64,000 bases of DNA from Mizuhopecten yessoensis (Eukaryota). Positions 1 to 12,300 of the stretch are shown here, one piece after another. The stretch lies in the NCBI RefSeq assembly GCF_002113885.1, contig NW_018407426.1, positions 1,486,908 through 1,550,907 on the forward strand. Direction: 5' to 3'. How positions within the stretch are numbered: the stretch's first letter is position 1; every line of letters begins with the position of its first letter. The position numbers and the translations under genes were made by a program. The notes under the pieces are model-generated. The model was given only the letters and a program-made list of their open reading frames with translations, was not told where the DNA came from and did no database searches.

Positions 1-91
1 CTCAGTGATAGGCTTACAACACCATAATTGGATTTAACTAAAGAAAAAGTTTTTGTTTTTTGTGACGCATATTCAACAAAGGTGACAGGTT

Positions 92-327
92 TTAACTGTA
101 AATGGTAATTTTCTTCGTGATAGGTTTGCGACACATGTGACAGATTTTGAGTGCCTCGCCGCACTTGTTGCAGACACTGTGCCCACACAGGAAGACCATG
201 TCTCGTCGTCGCTCCATACAGATGGTACACAGTATGTTCTCCTCCATCTCCTGTAGGCGGCGTTGTAGTACGTTGGACTCGGAGTCTGTCGACAGGGAAT
301 TACTGTTTATCTGTAGTTTGGTTCCAT
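92..327 (-). CDS. MIB2: MIB2 exon 17 (coiled coil, RING2, stop)
   Basis: [33 protein letters not shown]...CHMCRKPI*. Confidence 0.93.
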
Positions 328-3300
328 CTAAAATTACATACATTCAAGATGATCAGTATTGATCTCGTAACTTATGATATAAAGTAATAACAACAGAATG
401 GTCTAATATTTCTTTGCTTATATATTCAAGATACTAAGAAAATAATTTAACTTCCTTTTCTGTAGCTTTTTAATCTCAATTTTCACACAGAATAAATATT
501 TTAGAACATATTTCATACAAAGAACGATTTGCTGTCAAACCTTTTTGACAAGAAACTCAACATCTTAAATAAACACATTCTACTTTGGTTGTTTAAATAA
601 TGTCATAAACACTTTTCAGGTGAGCTATATTTTTTTATAATTCAATTTACTCTAGTGCTAACAGGAGATTAGAATTGTGGAGTTATCAAAATGTGACTAA
701 GAATTGGTGTTTACATTTAATTAATTAGGATGGATGTTATTTGTATTCACAAATTACAGGTAAGTCAGTTCAGCGGGTCAGTTTGGTGATTTACTGTTTG
801 TTTATAGCTCAGAGACAAGGGTCCAGTAGCTGAGGAGAAAGTGATAATGTCAAAGGTTAAGAGCTTTACTAGTGTGGTATCTTTAGACCGTAGTCCAGTC
901 CTCATATTTCAGAAAGAGTTAGATATGAATAGGTATGTGGTCATTCTGAGGGATTGAGATATAAATAGGTGTGTAGTCATTCTGAGGGATTGAGATATAG
1001 ATAGGTGTGTGGTCATGCTGACGGACTGAGATACAAATACAGGTGTGGTCATTTTCAGGGACTGGTGTATTAATAGGTATATAAAGGTAAATAGGGAAGG
1101 CATGTATATCTAATGAGCTGGCCAGTTACTGGTATTAATAGATTTTCTAGTCCATACATCATGGTCTAATTTTAGACACTAATTTTGTACTAGGTGGTTT
1201 TCATAGTTTGTATTTAGAAGAAGCTCTATATTTATCTAGTCACTCTATCTTTTGTTTATCTTGTCTTTGGTGATATTTAGTATATTATACAATTAACTAA
1301 TTTAAGTCAGTCTTTGGGTATTTTAGTTTATGATGGTATTGGCTAAGTTTAGTCTGTCTTTGGGTATTTTAGTTTACGATGTTATTAGCTAAGTTTAGTC
1401 TGTCTTTGGGTATATATTAGATTACGATGTTATTGGCTAAGTTAAGTATGGCTTTGGGTTTATTTAGTATATGATGTCATTATCTAGAAATAGTAGTACT
1501 TATAAAAGGGATGTTAGGAGTTAAAGAGGGGAGTAAGTTGAGAATTAAGATTTAGTAGACAATGAAGAGTCACTTCCGAACAGAGAGTTTTGAGAAAATT
1601 CTGTAGAGAAGAATTAATGATGATTCGGAGAGTATTCTGTAGACTTGTGAGGAGTCTAGTAGAGTGATTTGTAGAGTGAAGATTTTAGTAGTTTGTTGAA
1701 TTTAGCAGTGTATTGAGTAGTTTAGACTTCACTTATTCAGTTATACTGCTTTTGAATGACATTTTCAGACTTCCAAAGTTTGGCTTAACTATTTTATTTA
1801 AAGGAATTTCAGTCGACTTAATTTGATCTCAAATTTGATATTACTAAGAGCTTATTACAAAGTGTGTCAATTTTGCTTTGGTTATACACTTCACTCCTGA
1901 AGACACTTTTATCTAACAATTTACTGGAACTAGTAACAAGTACATTGATTTAATTTCTTTTAATAAAACTTAAGTTCACTTTATGAAATCCTGTATGTTG
2001 TGTTTTTATAAATTTCATTTGTCAGACAAACTGAACAACTGGACTATCATTAAACATAGAGAAACAAACAAATCATTAACCCTTTCACCCCTAGGTACCT
2101 TTAGTAGACTCTACCGTGCATTGATCTGGATGAGTCCATTATGGTCTACAGTGGTGAAAGGGTTAATCGTAACAGAATGACAGTAACCCACTCAAGATTA
2201 AACTTGCACTTCAAAAGAATTCAATTTTGAATACCCTCACAACATAATGGTTTTTTTTAAACATCAACAAGAACATCATCCTACAGTTACCTCTGGAAAC
2301 CTTGGCCTCTATGTTGACTTTACAGGTCAGGCAGCGCTTTGGTTTCATACTACAATCCTGACAAGTGACCACATGTTCACAGGGCAGGAACTTGATGCAC
2401 GCCATTTGCTCTGAACACACTACACATTCAATGTCCCCGTCACTGGCCTGCTGCATCTCGGATTTAGTGCCAGTCGCACTGCAAAAACAAAAAGTATGAT
2501 AAGAAAATAATATTGTAATTTGTGTTTGAGTTATTTTATTCTTTTAGGATTACCTACCTCCTACCTCCCACATATGATAAATTTTAAGGAAAAGCCCTAA
2601 AACTAATATTAAATCAACTTCATGCCAAAATTGTTGAATAACATATGTGTAACTAATTAATGAACTAAGTTCATATGCATAAGTTCTTTTTACATATATT
2701 CTGGAACTCTTTGGAAAAGAAGGTGCTTACCATACCATATAGTATGAAAACATATAACCATGATCTAGAATTTTTATTAAACAAGTACCTGTAATGGTTT
2801 ATCCAAAGATACTCAGATAGTTCAATAAGACTTGTTTTTTCATTAATGAAATCATTTTATTTTTTCAAAATATGTATACTGTAGAATCATATTTTCGTGG
2901 GGTGAAAATTTTGTGGTTTTCATATACTAGCCTATTTCAAGGACATTAAATTTCGCTGATTTCTGATTTTCCCCTATCTATATTACACCAAATATAAGTC
3001 TCTGCGGGGATTTAATTTCGTGGATTTTTGTTATCCACAAAATAAACGAAATTAAATGTCCCATGAATATTTATGATTTTAAAGTATTTAAAGATTTTTT
3101 GGAAACATAATTTTGTTCCTAATCCAAACTACTATCCATGATACTGTATATGACCTAATAAAAGTCATACACACATTGATTTGAACAAAATCAGATAGAT
3201 TGCTAATTATTCCAAAAATTTCCAAAAATAGCCATAACAGACAATTTTTTCAAAGGAAGTCCATAAGTTATGGTGATAGGGTCAGGAATGAGGCTCTTAT

Positions 3301-6300
3301 TTGGTTAAATACACAGTTTCAAACAGTAGAAAAATTGTACTTTGATGTGGCGAACTGTTTGATGAGCTCCTCTGTACGTGCGTCACTGATGACATCCATT
3401 GGAGTCTTGCCCTGGTGGTTTTTCTGGGTGAGTTTTGCCCCTTGTTGAGCGAGATAACAAGCAATTGCAGGTCCCATTTGTTCATCATCCTCTGTCATGC
3501 CGAGTTGGTGTCGGATCTAAAAAGATACAAACGATTGTCATTACATTAACTAAAGGACAATGTTTTATTGTAGGTTTACACCTTACATACAAGAGAACAA
3601 GCCCAGAACTCCTTGCCGCCTGCTAGCAGTAAGCCCATTCTCAAATCTCCAAGGGTTACACTCACTTACGTTCTTTGCACCCCTGGAATATATCCTGGCA
3701 AAATTGAAGGCCCATGGTTAGCTATTTGACTGGTATCGGGTGAAAAAAAATCTGACCAATCACTAGGCTGATACCTAGCCTTTGAAAATTAAAGAGGAGC
3801 AACATCGGACTTCTTAGACAGTCAATTTTACTGTTACAGTGCTACAAAGGATCAAACAAGTCTATTTGTATCATCCACAAGATGGCGTGTACAAAGTCTT
3901 TGATATTGTCATGAAAATATTTCTCGGAAATTTGAGGATGCAGTAATCCCAAACCGTATCAATCTTATCATCTACCACGGCAAGCAGATACCGCCTCACT
4001 AAATGAGAGTACATATAATTGTTTTCTAATGATATGCCCATAACACCACTACCTGTTACTGCAATCTTGGATTCTAACAGAAACAAGCCAAAGGATATTG
4101 GGCATCAAGGATTGAACTATTTACAGGATTCAGTTGTTTAAAACAAATGTATGAATGAATGAATTGAGAACACACCTGTTTTGATAAAAAAGAAACATGA
4201 TGTTTTTAACTCTAGGCAAGGAGTCAAAAAAAAAAGGTAAAACACATACTACATTAGATGGATTGAATAAAAAATAAATTCCTATTTACTCAAATATGGA
4301 ACGCCTTTTTTTATTTCATTTTTTGAACAAAGTAAGGGAGATAACTCACAGCATCCAGCATTGGACTATTCTCCTTCTCTGTCGCAACAGTCTGCCTCAT
4401 GAGGGCGAGATGGAGACAGGTATCACCATCTTCATCCATTACATTGACGTCTGAGCCACACACCACCAGGAGCTCAATGATGGACGTATGGCCCTGCGAT
4501 ACCGCCAGTAGAAGTGGGGTTTGTTGTCTGTTGTTACGATTCTCTATATCAGCATGGCCCTGTACAACATAAAAATAAACACATCAATAATTGGACAAAA
4601 AATGTCTTATAAACTCTTTACCAACTTAATAATTGTGGAAAGTAAACATGATTTTATAACCAATACAATTTTACAGGGACTTCTCTCACCATATCACACG
4701 AGGTCCCGATAATTCATATCAGGCAAAAATTGATCTGTATAGCAAACACACAACAACCAAACTGTACCATTATTCAGTATCACTAATCTGCTTATTTTTG
4801 TTCTAAGACCTACTTGCGAAATAAGTGTATTTGTGACTTCCTTATGTCCATTGAGAGCGGCAAGATGGAGGGCAGAAAATCCATCGTCTTTCTTTATATC
4901 CACGATTTGTCGACACTTAGCAAGAATCTTCTCTGTTGCTCTGTAATGTAATTTTTCAAATTTAAAAATCTTGTTCTGATATCATGAGACTCTTACATAT
5001 TTATTTGTAGTAGATGGAGCTAGTTTATCTGATGAGATACTGATACATCAGCTTTTTGCTAAGCTATTTAATTCTCAGTTCATAAACCTCTTTGACACAA
5101 TACTATAAAGCCTTTCAATACATTTTTTTCTTTCATATCCAGTTTTTATTTTTAAAGAACATTAACATATTGTAGGATAAATAAATCCTTTTTACCAACA
5201 GGTCATCTTTTTGCATTGTGAATTACAATGACAACAAAAATTAATGAATGAGTGTAGGATGGATTTCTCTTGAACTTGCAATGCCAAGGGATGATTATTT
5301 TGTCAGGATCGTATAAATCGCTGGAGTATAAATTGTGTGGCATCTCTTTCAAGCACTTGTGGTGTGAGCAAGTCAGAGCAACTCACAGAAAGTGAGAAAA
5401 ATATGTTTACAAAGGACAAGGGTCATTAAGGGTCATTTCAGGCCCAATCAAGGATTTAGAATAAGTTGTTTTATTCGTAATCTGGAATATGTAATGCACA
5501 ATTTTGTTGTTATGACAGGGCTTCCATACATGTGCATTGGAAAAAATCTGCACCAAGAAAGATACCCCCAATTAACCAATATTATGGTTATAACAGAAAT
5601 CGGTAAATAAATTCCAGTTGAATTTTTTTACTTTTATATGAGGCCAAAAATGACCAATAATGACCCAAGTCCTTTATGTGTAGGGAAAATCATACTACTG
5701 GTATGCTTGTTTCTAGAATGTCAACATCATTATCTAACATTTGTCATCAAGTGTTCTTACAAATTGTTCCCTTTCAGGGCAGCATGGTGAAGCACATTGA
5801 ATCCTCTCTTGTTTTTCAGTGTAAAGTCTATGACATTGACGTTCACCAGCAGGTCAATGATCTCCCGATTCTCTTTACCGATGGCATCGTGTAGGGCGGT
5901 GTCTTCATACGAGTCCTGTGCATAAACAGTTTATTGTTAAAATCACTCATAAGCAAGACATGTGTAACAAAGGTTACTATTTTTTCAATGCCTCCCCTAG
6001 GAGTCGAACACGAGACCTCTGTTTTACTAGTTTTACCCTCTACGGAATGAGCTAAAGAGAAATTATCTCCAGCCAAGTCGGTAGGAAGGGGTTAGTATTT
6101 TACCAGGGTGGCATACTCCCCCTCCAAGTAAGAATGTGTCCTGAGTTTTCCAGGGGTCATAGCGATTCTTGTGAAAGTATCGCAGAGCATATTTGTCAAT
6201 ATTTCCCGGGTCCCTATGTGGGCACCATTGTAACGGAGGTAATTGTTTTTCAATGCCTCCGCCAGGAGTCGAACCCGGGACCACTGGCATATTAGTCTTA

Positions 6301-9300
6301 CACTCTCTTGAATGAGCTAAAGAGAAAGTCTCTCTAGCCGAGTCCGTAGTAAGCAGCTAGTATTTTACAAGGGTGACACATGTTTTGATAAAAATGATAC
6401 AATGTACCATAACCATTACACATGTTTAAAATTAAGATGCTTGTAAATAACTAATAAATGGGGATACAAAGATAATCATTTTCATAATAATATTTAATAA
6501 ATACACTTTTCATATATTGAACAAATATTCATTCAAACATTGAAGAAGATACGACTGTAATTAAATAGTATTTACATTTTAAACTGCTCCATCTGACAGT
6601 GAACCAGTCTGTCGTCATATGATATAGATACCTTAAATGACCTTGGTTTCTTTCTGTAGTAAGTCGTGTAATATTAACCCTTTCACCACTGTAGACCATA
6701 ATGGACCCCTCCATATCAATGCATGGTAGAGTCTACTTAAGTTACACAGGGGTGAAAGGGTTATCAGTATTACAAGACCATAGAACATCAGATAGTTCTG
6801 GTTTCCACTGTTCTGTCATGGTATACCAGATTTAAAATTATCTGTAATACCTGATTTGAAATCTTGCCATCTGAGGCAAAAATCTAGACCAAAATCTAGT
6901 TTTATGAGATTCTTATAAACAGTTTTCTAGACATTGGGTGCAAACAAACTTAACTGTAAACTCATTTTAACTCATTCACCCCTGAAATTTCAAAATGAAC
7001 TATTCAGACCTTTGAATTGGAAGAGTTCAAATGTATATTCAGGGGTGAATGAGTTAAAGATGGATGAGAAATGTTTTTCAGCATCACCTAATTTTGTACA
7101 GATAAGGGTATTAAACCCCAAATGAACAATGGAAGAACATCTACCATCTCCCAATTATTTTATCCTTTCGCTTGAATTCCCTGATCTATAACTCACAATG
7201 GCGATTGAATTCCCTGATCTATAACTCACAATGGCGATTGAATTCCCTGATCTATAACTTACAATGGAGATACATGTTATCAATCTCCATGTGGAATTTT
7301 AGTCCCCAACACCAATATGTTGAATCAATACCTGTATGTTGACGTTGCACTGATCATGTGCGAGGAGGATCTTGACACAGTCGAGGTGTTGTTTGTTGAC
7401 GGCCACGTGGAGTGTGCTGCAGCCACCATTGTTCAGGGCGTTTATATGAACCTTCTGTCTCAGTAGTAAACGCATCACTTCAGCCTGATTCCTGTTTTAC
7501 ATACCATTCAAACTTCAAAGAGGTGCAAGTTAAGTTTCGGGTACCAATAGCAAAATGAAAACATAACGTGATGATGACTTTGAACAAGAAAGTTGTAAGG
7601 CAAATACCTGGAATATTAATGGTACTGTAATATTTTGCATTTTTTTTAAACATCAGGGTTTTAAATACTAACCTAATTCAATGTTTAATTAGATTTCATT
7701 GGATTTGTAATTTTCATTGTTTTGACAACAAACTTCCAATAAATTTTTCTTTGTGAAAAGGTAATGTTCAATAAAAAAAAATGTGGTTTTCTGCCCGAGT
7801 TGTATAAAGCAGATTAACGTATAATTTTGAAGCACTTACCCAAATGCTGAATAGTGGAGAGCCGAGTCTCCATCTTCGTCCTGGAGCTCCAGATTGGCCC
7901 CAGCATGTAGCAGGATCTGTACGATCTCCGTGTGTCCCTGATGACTGGCCACCTGTAGAGCTGTCTTACCTGAACTCTTCATGTCCACCTACAAAAGCCA
8001 TGTTAACTTGAATGCTATGTATTGATATGCATACAAACCGCACATAATATTGATCAATTATGGACTTTATCTGAGGTGAACATGCATTTATATAGACCTG
8101 AAAAGGATATTATAATCGAGACAATGTCGAGGTCAATATAACTTTTCAGGTCCATATAATCACATATTTACCAAAATGAATAGTTCTTAATTATTAGATA
8201 TGAAATCATGCTGTTTTCTTATTAAGCAAAATAGAAGGTAATAAAATTGGCAAGAAAAAATGACTGTTTTAGGCAGTGAACATTGTACTGTTACAATTGA
8301 ACTGACATCATATGGAGAATATTAACCTGATGTATCTAAAAAATAGTAACTTAAGGTTAAAATAACACCAACCTCCACGTGATTGTGATTGACCAAATGA
8401 GAATATAGGAATAAGTTGTGATTGTAAATGCTAGATAATGATTAAAGATGTTTATTTCATAAGCTATCAGGATGATCATAACTAACCTTGTCAGGATGTT
8501 TACTGAATGAGCTATTGGGATGATCATAATTAACCTTGTCAGGATGTTTACTTCATAAGCTATTGGGATGATCATTACTAACCTTGTCAGGAAGTTAACT
8601 GAATAAGCTATCAGGGTCATATCAAACCCTATCAGGATATTTACTGAATAAGCTATCAGGTTCATAGCTTACCTTGTCAGGATGTTTACTGAATATGTTA
8701 TCAGGGTCATAGCTTACCTTGTCAGGATGTTTACTGAATATGTTATCAGGATCATAGCTTACCTTGTCAGGATGTTTACTGAATAAGTTATCGGGGTCAT
8801 AACTTACCTTGTCAGGATGTTTACTGAATAGAATATCAGAATGATCCTAATAAGCTATCAGGGTCATAGCTTACCTTGTCAGGATGTTTACTGATTAAGC
8901 TACCAGGGTCATAGCTTACCTTGTCAGGATGTTTACTGAATAAGTTATCGGGGTCATAACTTACCTTGTCAGGATGTTTACTGAATAGAATATCAGAATG
9001 ATCCTAATAAGCTATCAGGGTCATAGCTTACCTTGTCAGGATGTTTACTGACGATCTCCTTGACGATTTCAGTGTGACCTTGAGCAGCCTCCCTTACAAG
9101 CCTGTCTGGTCCCGAGTCCAAGGACTTTATCTCCATCAGCTGTTCCAACAGGGAGGTCAAGCTCACTGTAAAATGAAAATATGGTTTAAAATTATTTTTA
9201 TTACTTATTTTTACAAAGGAAATCAACATTTGAGAAGAGTATTATTTATGACAATTGGATGGCTCTTTACCTACAGACAATGCAAGGCCACACTTACCCA

Positions 9301-12300
9301 GCACACCAATTATTAACTGACCATTCTGCCTGTGAACTATTGCCCTCTATTTTACTTTTAGGTCTCCATTGTCAAACTTCACATCTTATCTCTGACTTCT
9401 ATAAACAAGATCAACACTGATGACATTTGACCTTAATAACAGAGACTACCACTGCCAGCAACCCCTGACCTTGACCATTGCTTAGAGTGCTAGTGACCCT
9501 GATGTTTAAAACTTAAACCACCACTTATTACCCAGACTTGATTAACCTAGGCTAACCCAAGTGACCCCAGACTTTTAGCACAAAACCAAAATATCAGTCT
9601 CTGACTTTTAAATTCAGACCGTAGTTGAGCAAAGGCAACTAAATAAGGCAACCTTTGACTATTATTACACAATACAAACAATCTGCCATGACTCTGCATA
9701 TTATGAACACGGCCCTCAACAGGTGACCCCTGACCTATACATGTGACCTCTTGCCAATATTTACCCCCTGAAGCCTCCTCACGCTCAGGTGCCGCCCCAT
9801 TGGTGTTGTTGACATTTGGCTGCGCATGCTGGGCTAGCGTACAACTCGCAGGGTTCAAAGTCCATGTTTGACCAGCAGACACAGACACTCTGAGGTCCCC
9901 ATCCGGATAGACCTTCAGTACTCGACCAGTCTTCCCTAGGGCCTACAACAGGGAGGCAACGTTTGGTTCGCAAATAATATCACAAGATTAAATGAGATAC
10001 AAGAAAATTTAGACATATGTCGAAAATTTATAACAGTGAACATTTTGTGTAAAAGAAAACTGGTGTATCAGCATTGAACCGAAAAAGCTTACTACAAATC
10101 ATATTTTAGAGACGCTTTACAAAATTTATAAATCTTGAAATTAATATTGCTGCAATACATACATTGTAAAGAAAAGGCAGTAGATCATATACTGTTTTAT
10201 CTACATGAATGATATTTAATACATGAAATTGGACATTTTCTTATCAGGAACTGGGGAAATGTAAATTAAATGATTAAGATTTTTTTGTTTTACATATATA
10301 TCACAGCTTTCCTACTTTTATCTGCAAAGCTGCATACTACAGCCATCAATACTTCAAAAGGTCAACCTGTATATTGCAGTCAACATTTTCATCTACAAAG
10401 CTGTATACTTCAGCCATCAATACTTCAAAAGGTCAAACTGTATATTGCAGTCAACATTTTCATCTACAAAGCTGTATACTTCAGCCATCAATACTTCAAA
10501 AGGTCAAACTGTATATTGCAGTCAACATTTTCATCTACAAAGCTGTATACTTCAGCCATCAATACTTCAAAAGGTCAAACTGTATATTGCAGTCAACATT
10601 TTCATCTACAAAGCTGTATACTTCAGCCATCAATACTTCAAAAGGTCAAACTGTATATTGCAGTCAACATTTTCATCTACAAAGCTGTATACTTCAGCCA
10701 TCAATACTTCAAAAGGTCAAACTGTATATTGCAGTCAACATTTTCATCTACAAAGCTGTATACTTCAGCCATCAATACTTCAAAAGGTCAAACTGTATAT
10801 TGCAGTCAACATTTTCATCTACAAAGCTGTATACTTCAGCCATCAATACTTCAAAAGGTCAAACTGTATATTGCAGTCAACATTTTCATCTACAAAGCTG
10901 TATACTTCAGCCATCAATACTTCAAAAGGTCAAACTGTATATTGCAGTCAACATTTTCATCTACAAAGCTGTATACTTCAGCCATCAATACTTCAAAAGG
11001 TCAAACTGTATATTGCAGTCAACATTTTCATCTACAAAGCTGTATACTTCAGCCATCAATACTTCAAAAGGTCAAACTGTATATTGCAGTCAACATTTTC
11101 ATCTACAAAGCTGTATACTTCAGCCATCAATACTTCAAAAGGTCAAACTGTATATTGCAGTCAACATTTTCATCTACAAAGCTGTATACTTCAGCCATCA
11201 ATACTTCAAAAGGTCAAACTGTATATTGCAGTCAACATTTTCATCTACAAAGCTGTATACTTCAGCCATCAATACTTCAAAAGGTCAAACTGTATATTGC
11301 AGTCAACATTTTCATCTACAAAGCTGTATACTTCAGCCATCAATACTTCAAAAGGTCAAACTGTATATTGCAGTCAACATTTTCATCTACAAAGCTGTAT
11401 ACTTCAGCCATCAATACTTCAAAAGGTCAAACTGTATATTGCAGTCAACATTTTCATCTACAAAGCTGTATACTTCAGCCATCAATACTTCAAAAGGTCA
11501 AACTGTATATTGCAGTCAACATTTTCATCTACAAAGCTGTATACTTCAGCCATCAATACTTCAAAAGGTCAAACTGTATATTGCAGTCAACATTTTCATC
11601 TACAAAGCTGTATACTTCAGCCATCAATACTTCAAAAGGTCAAACTGTATATTGCAGTCAACACTTTTATCTACAATGCTTCATACTACAGCCATCAATA
11701 CTTCAAAAGGTCAAACTGTATATTGCAGTCAACACTTTTATCTACAAAACTGTATACTACAGCCATCAATACTTAAAAAGGTCAAACTGTATATTGCAGT
11801 CAACATTTACATCGACAAAGCTGTATACTTCAGCCATCAATACTTCAAAAGGTCAAACTGTATATTGCAGTCAACATTTTTATCAACAAAGCTGTATACT
11901 GCAGTTGTCAATACTTTAATCTTTTCATCACTGTAGACCATAATGGACTCATCCAGATCAATGCATGGTAGAGTCTACTAAAGTTACATTAGGTGAAAGG
12001 GTTAAACTGTCAAGCTTTACATTGCAGCTGTCAATATTTTTATGTAAACCTGTATACATTGTACTACACCTGTCAATACTGTAATCTGTTAAACTGTATA
12101 CGGCAATACGTGTATCTGTTATTAAAGAGCTTCAGTTGTCATGATTCAATACAGACATTTAGCTATTTTACAAAGACGAAATCAAAATAGGGGAAATACC
12201 TAGACACCTAGAAACTGCTGCTACTGATAAGTCCTTTCACCACTGTAGACCAAAATGGACTCATCCAGATCAATGCATGGTATAGTCTATTAAAGTAACA

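Noticed and set aside
6254-6326. Functional tRNA gene
   Set aside because: Acceptor stem does not pair properly and the sequence is embedded in an LTR; treated as tRNA-derived.
10270-11936. Three long ORFs (443-549 aa)
   Set aside because: Translation of a stop-free 71-bp satellite cycling through frames; antisense within a MIB2 intron; no domain features.
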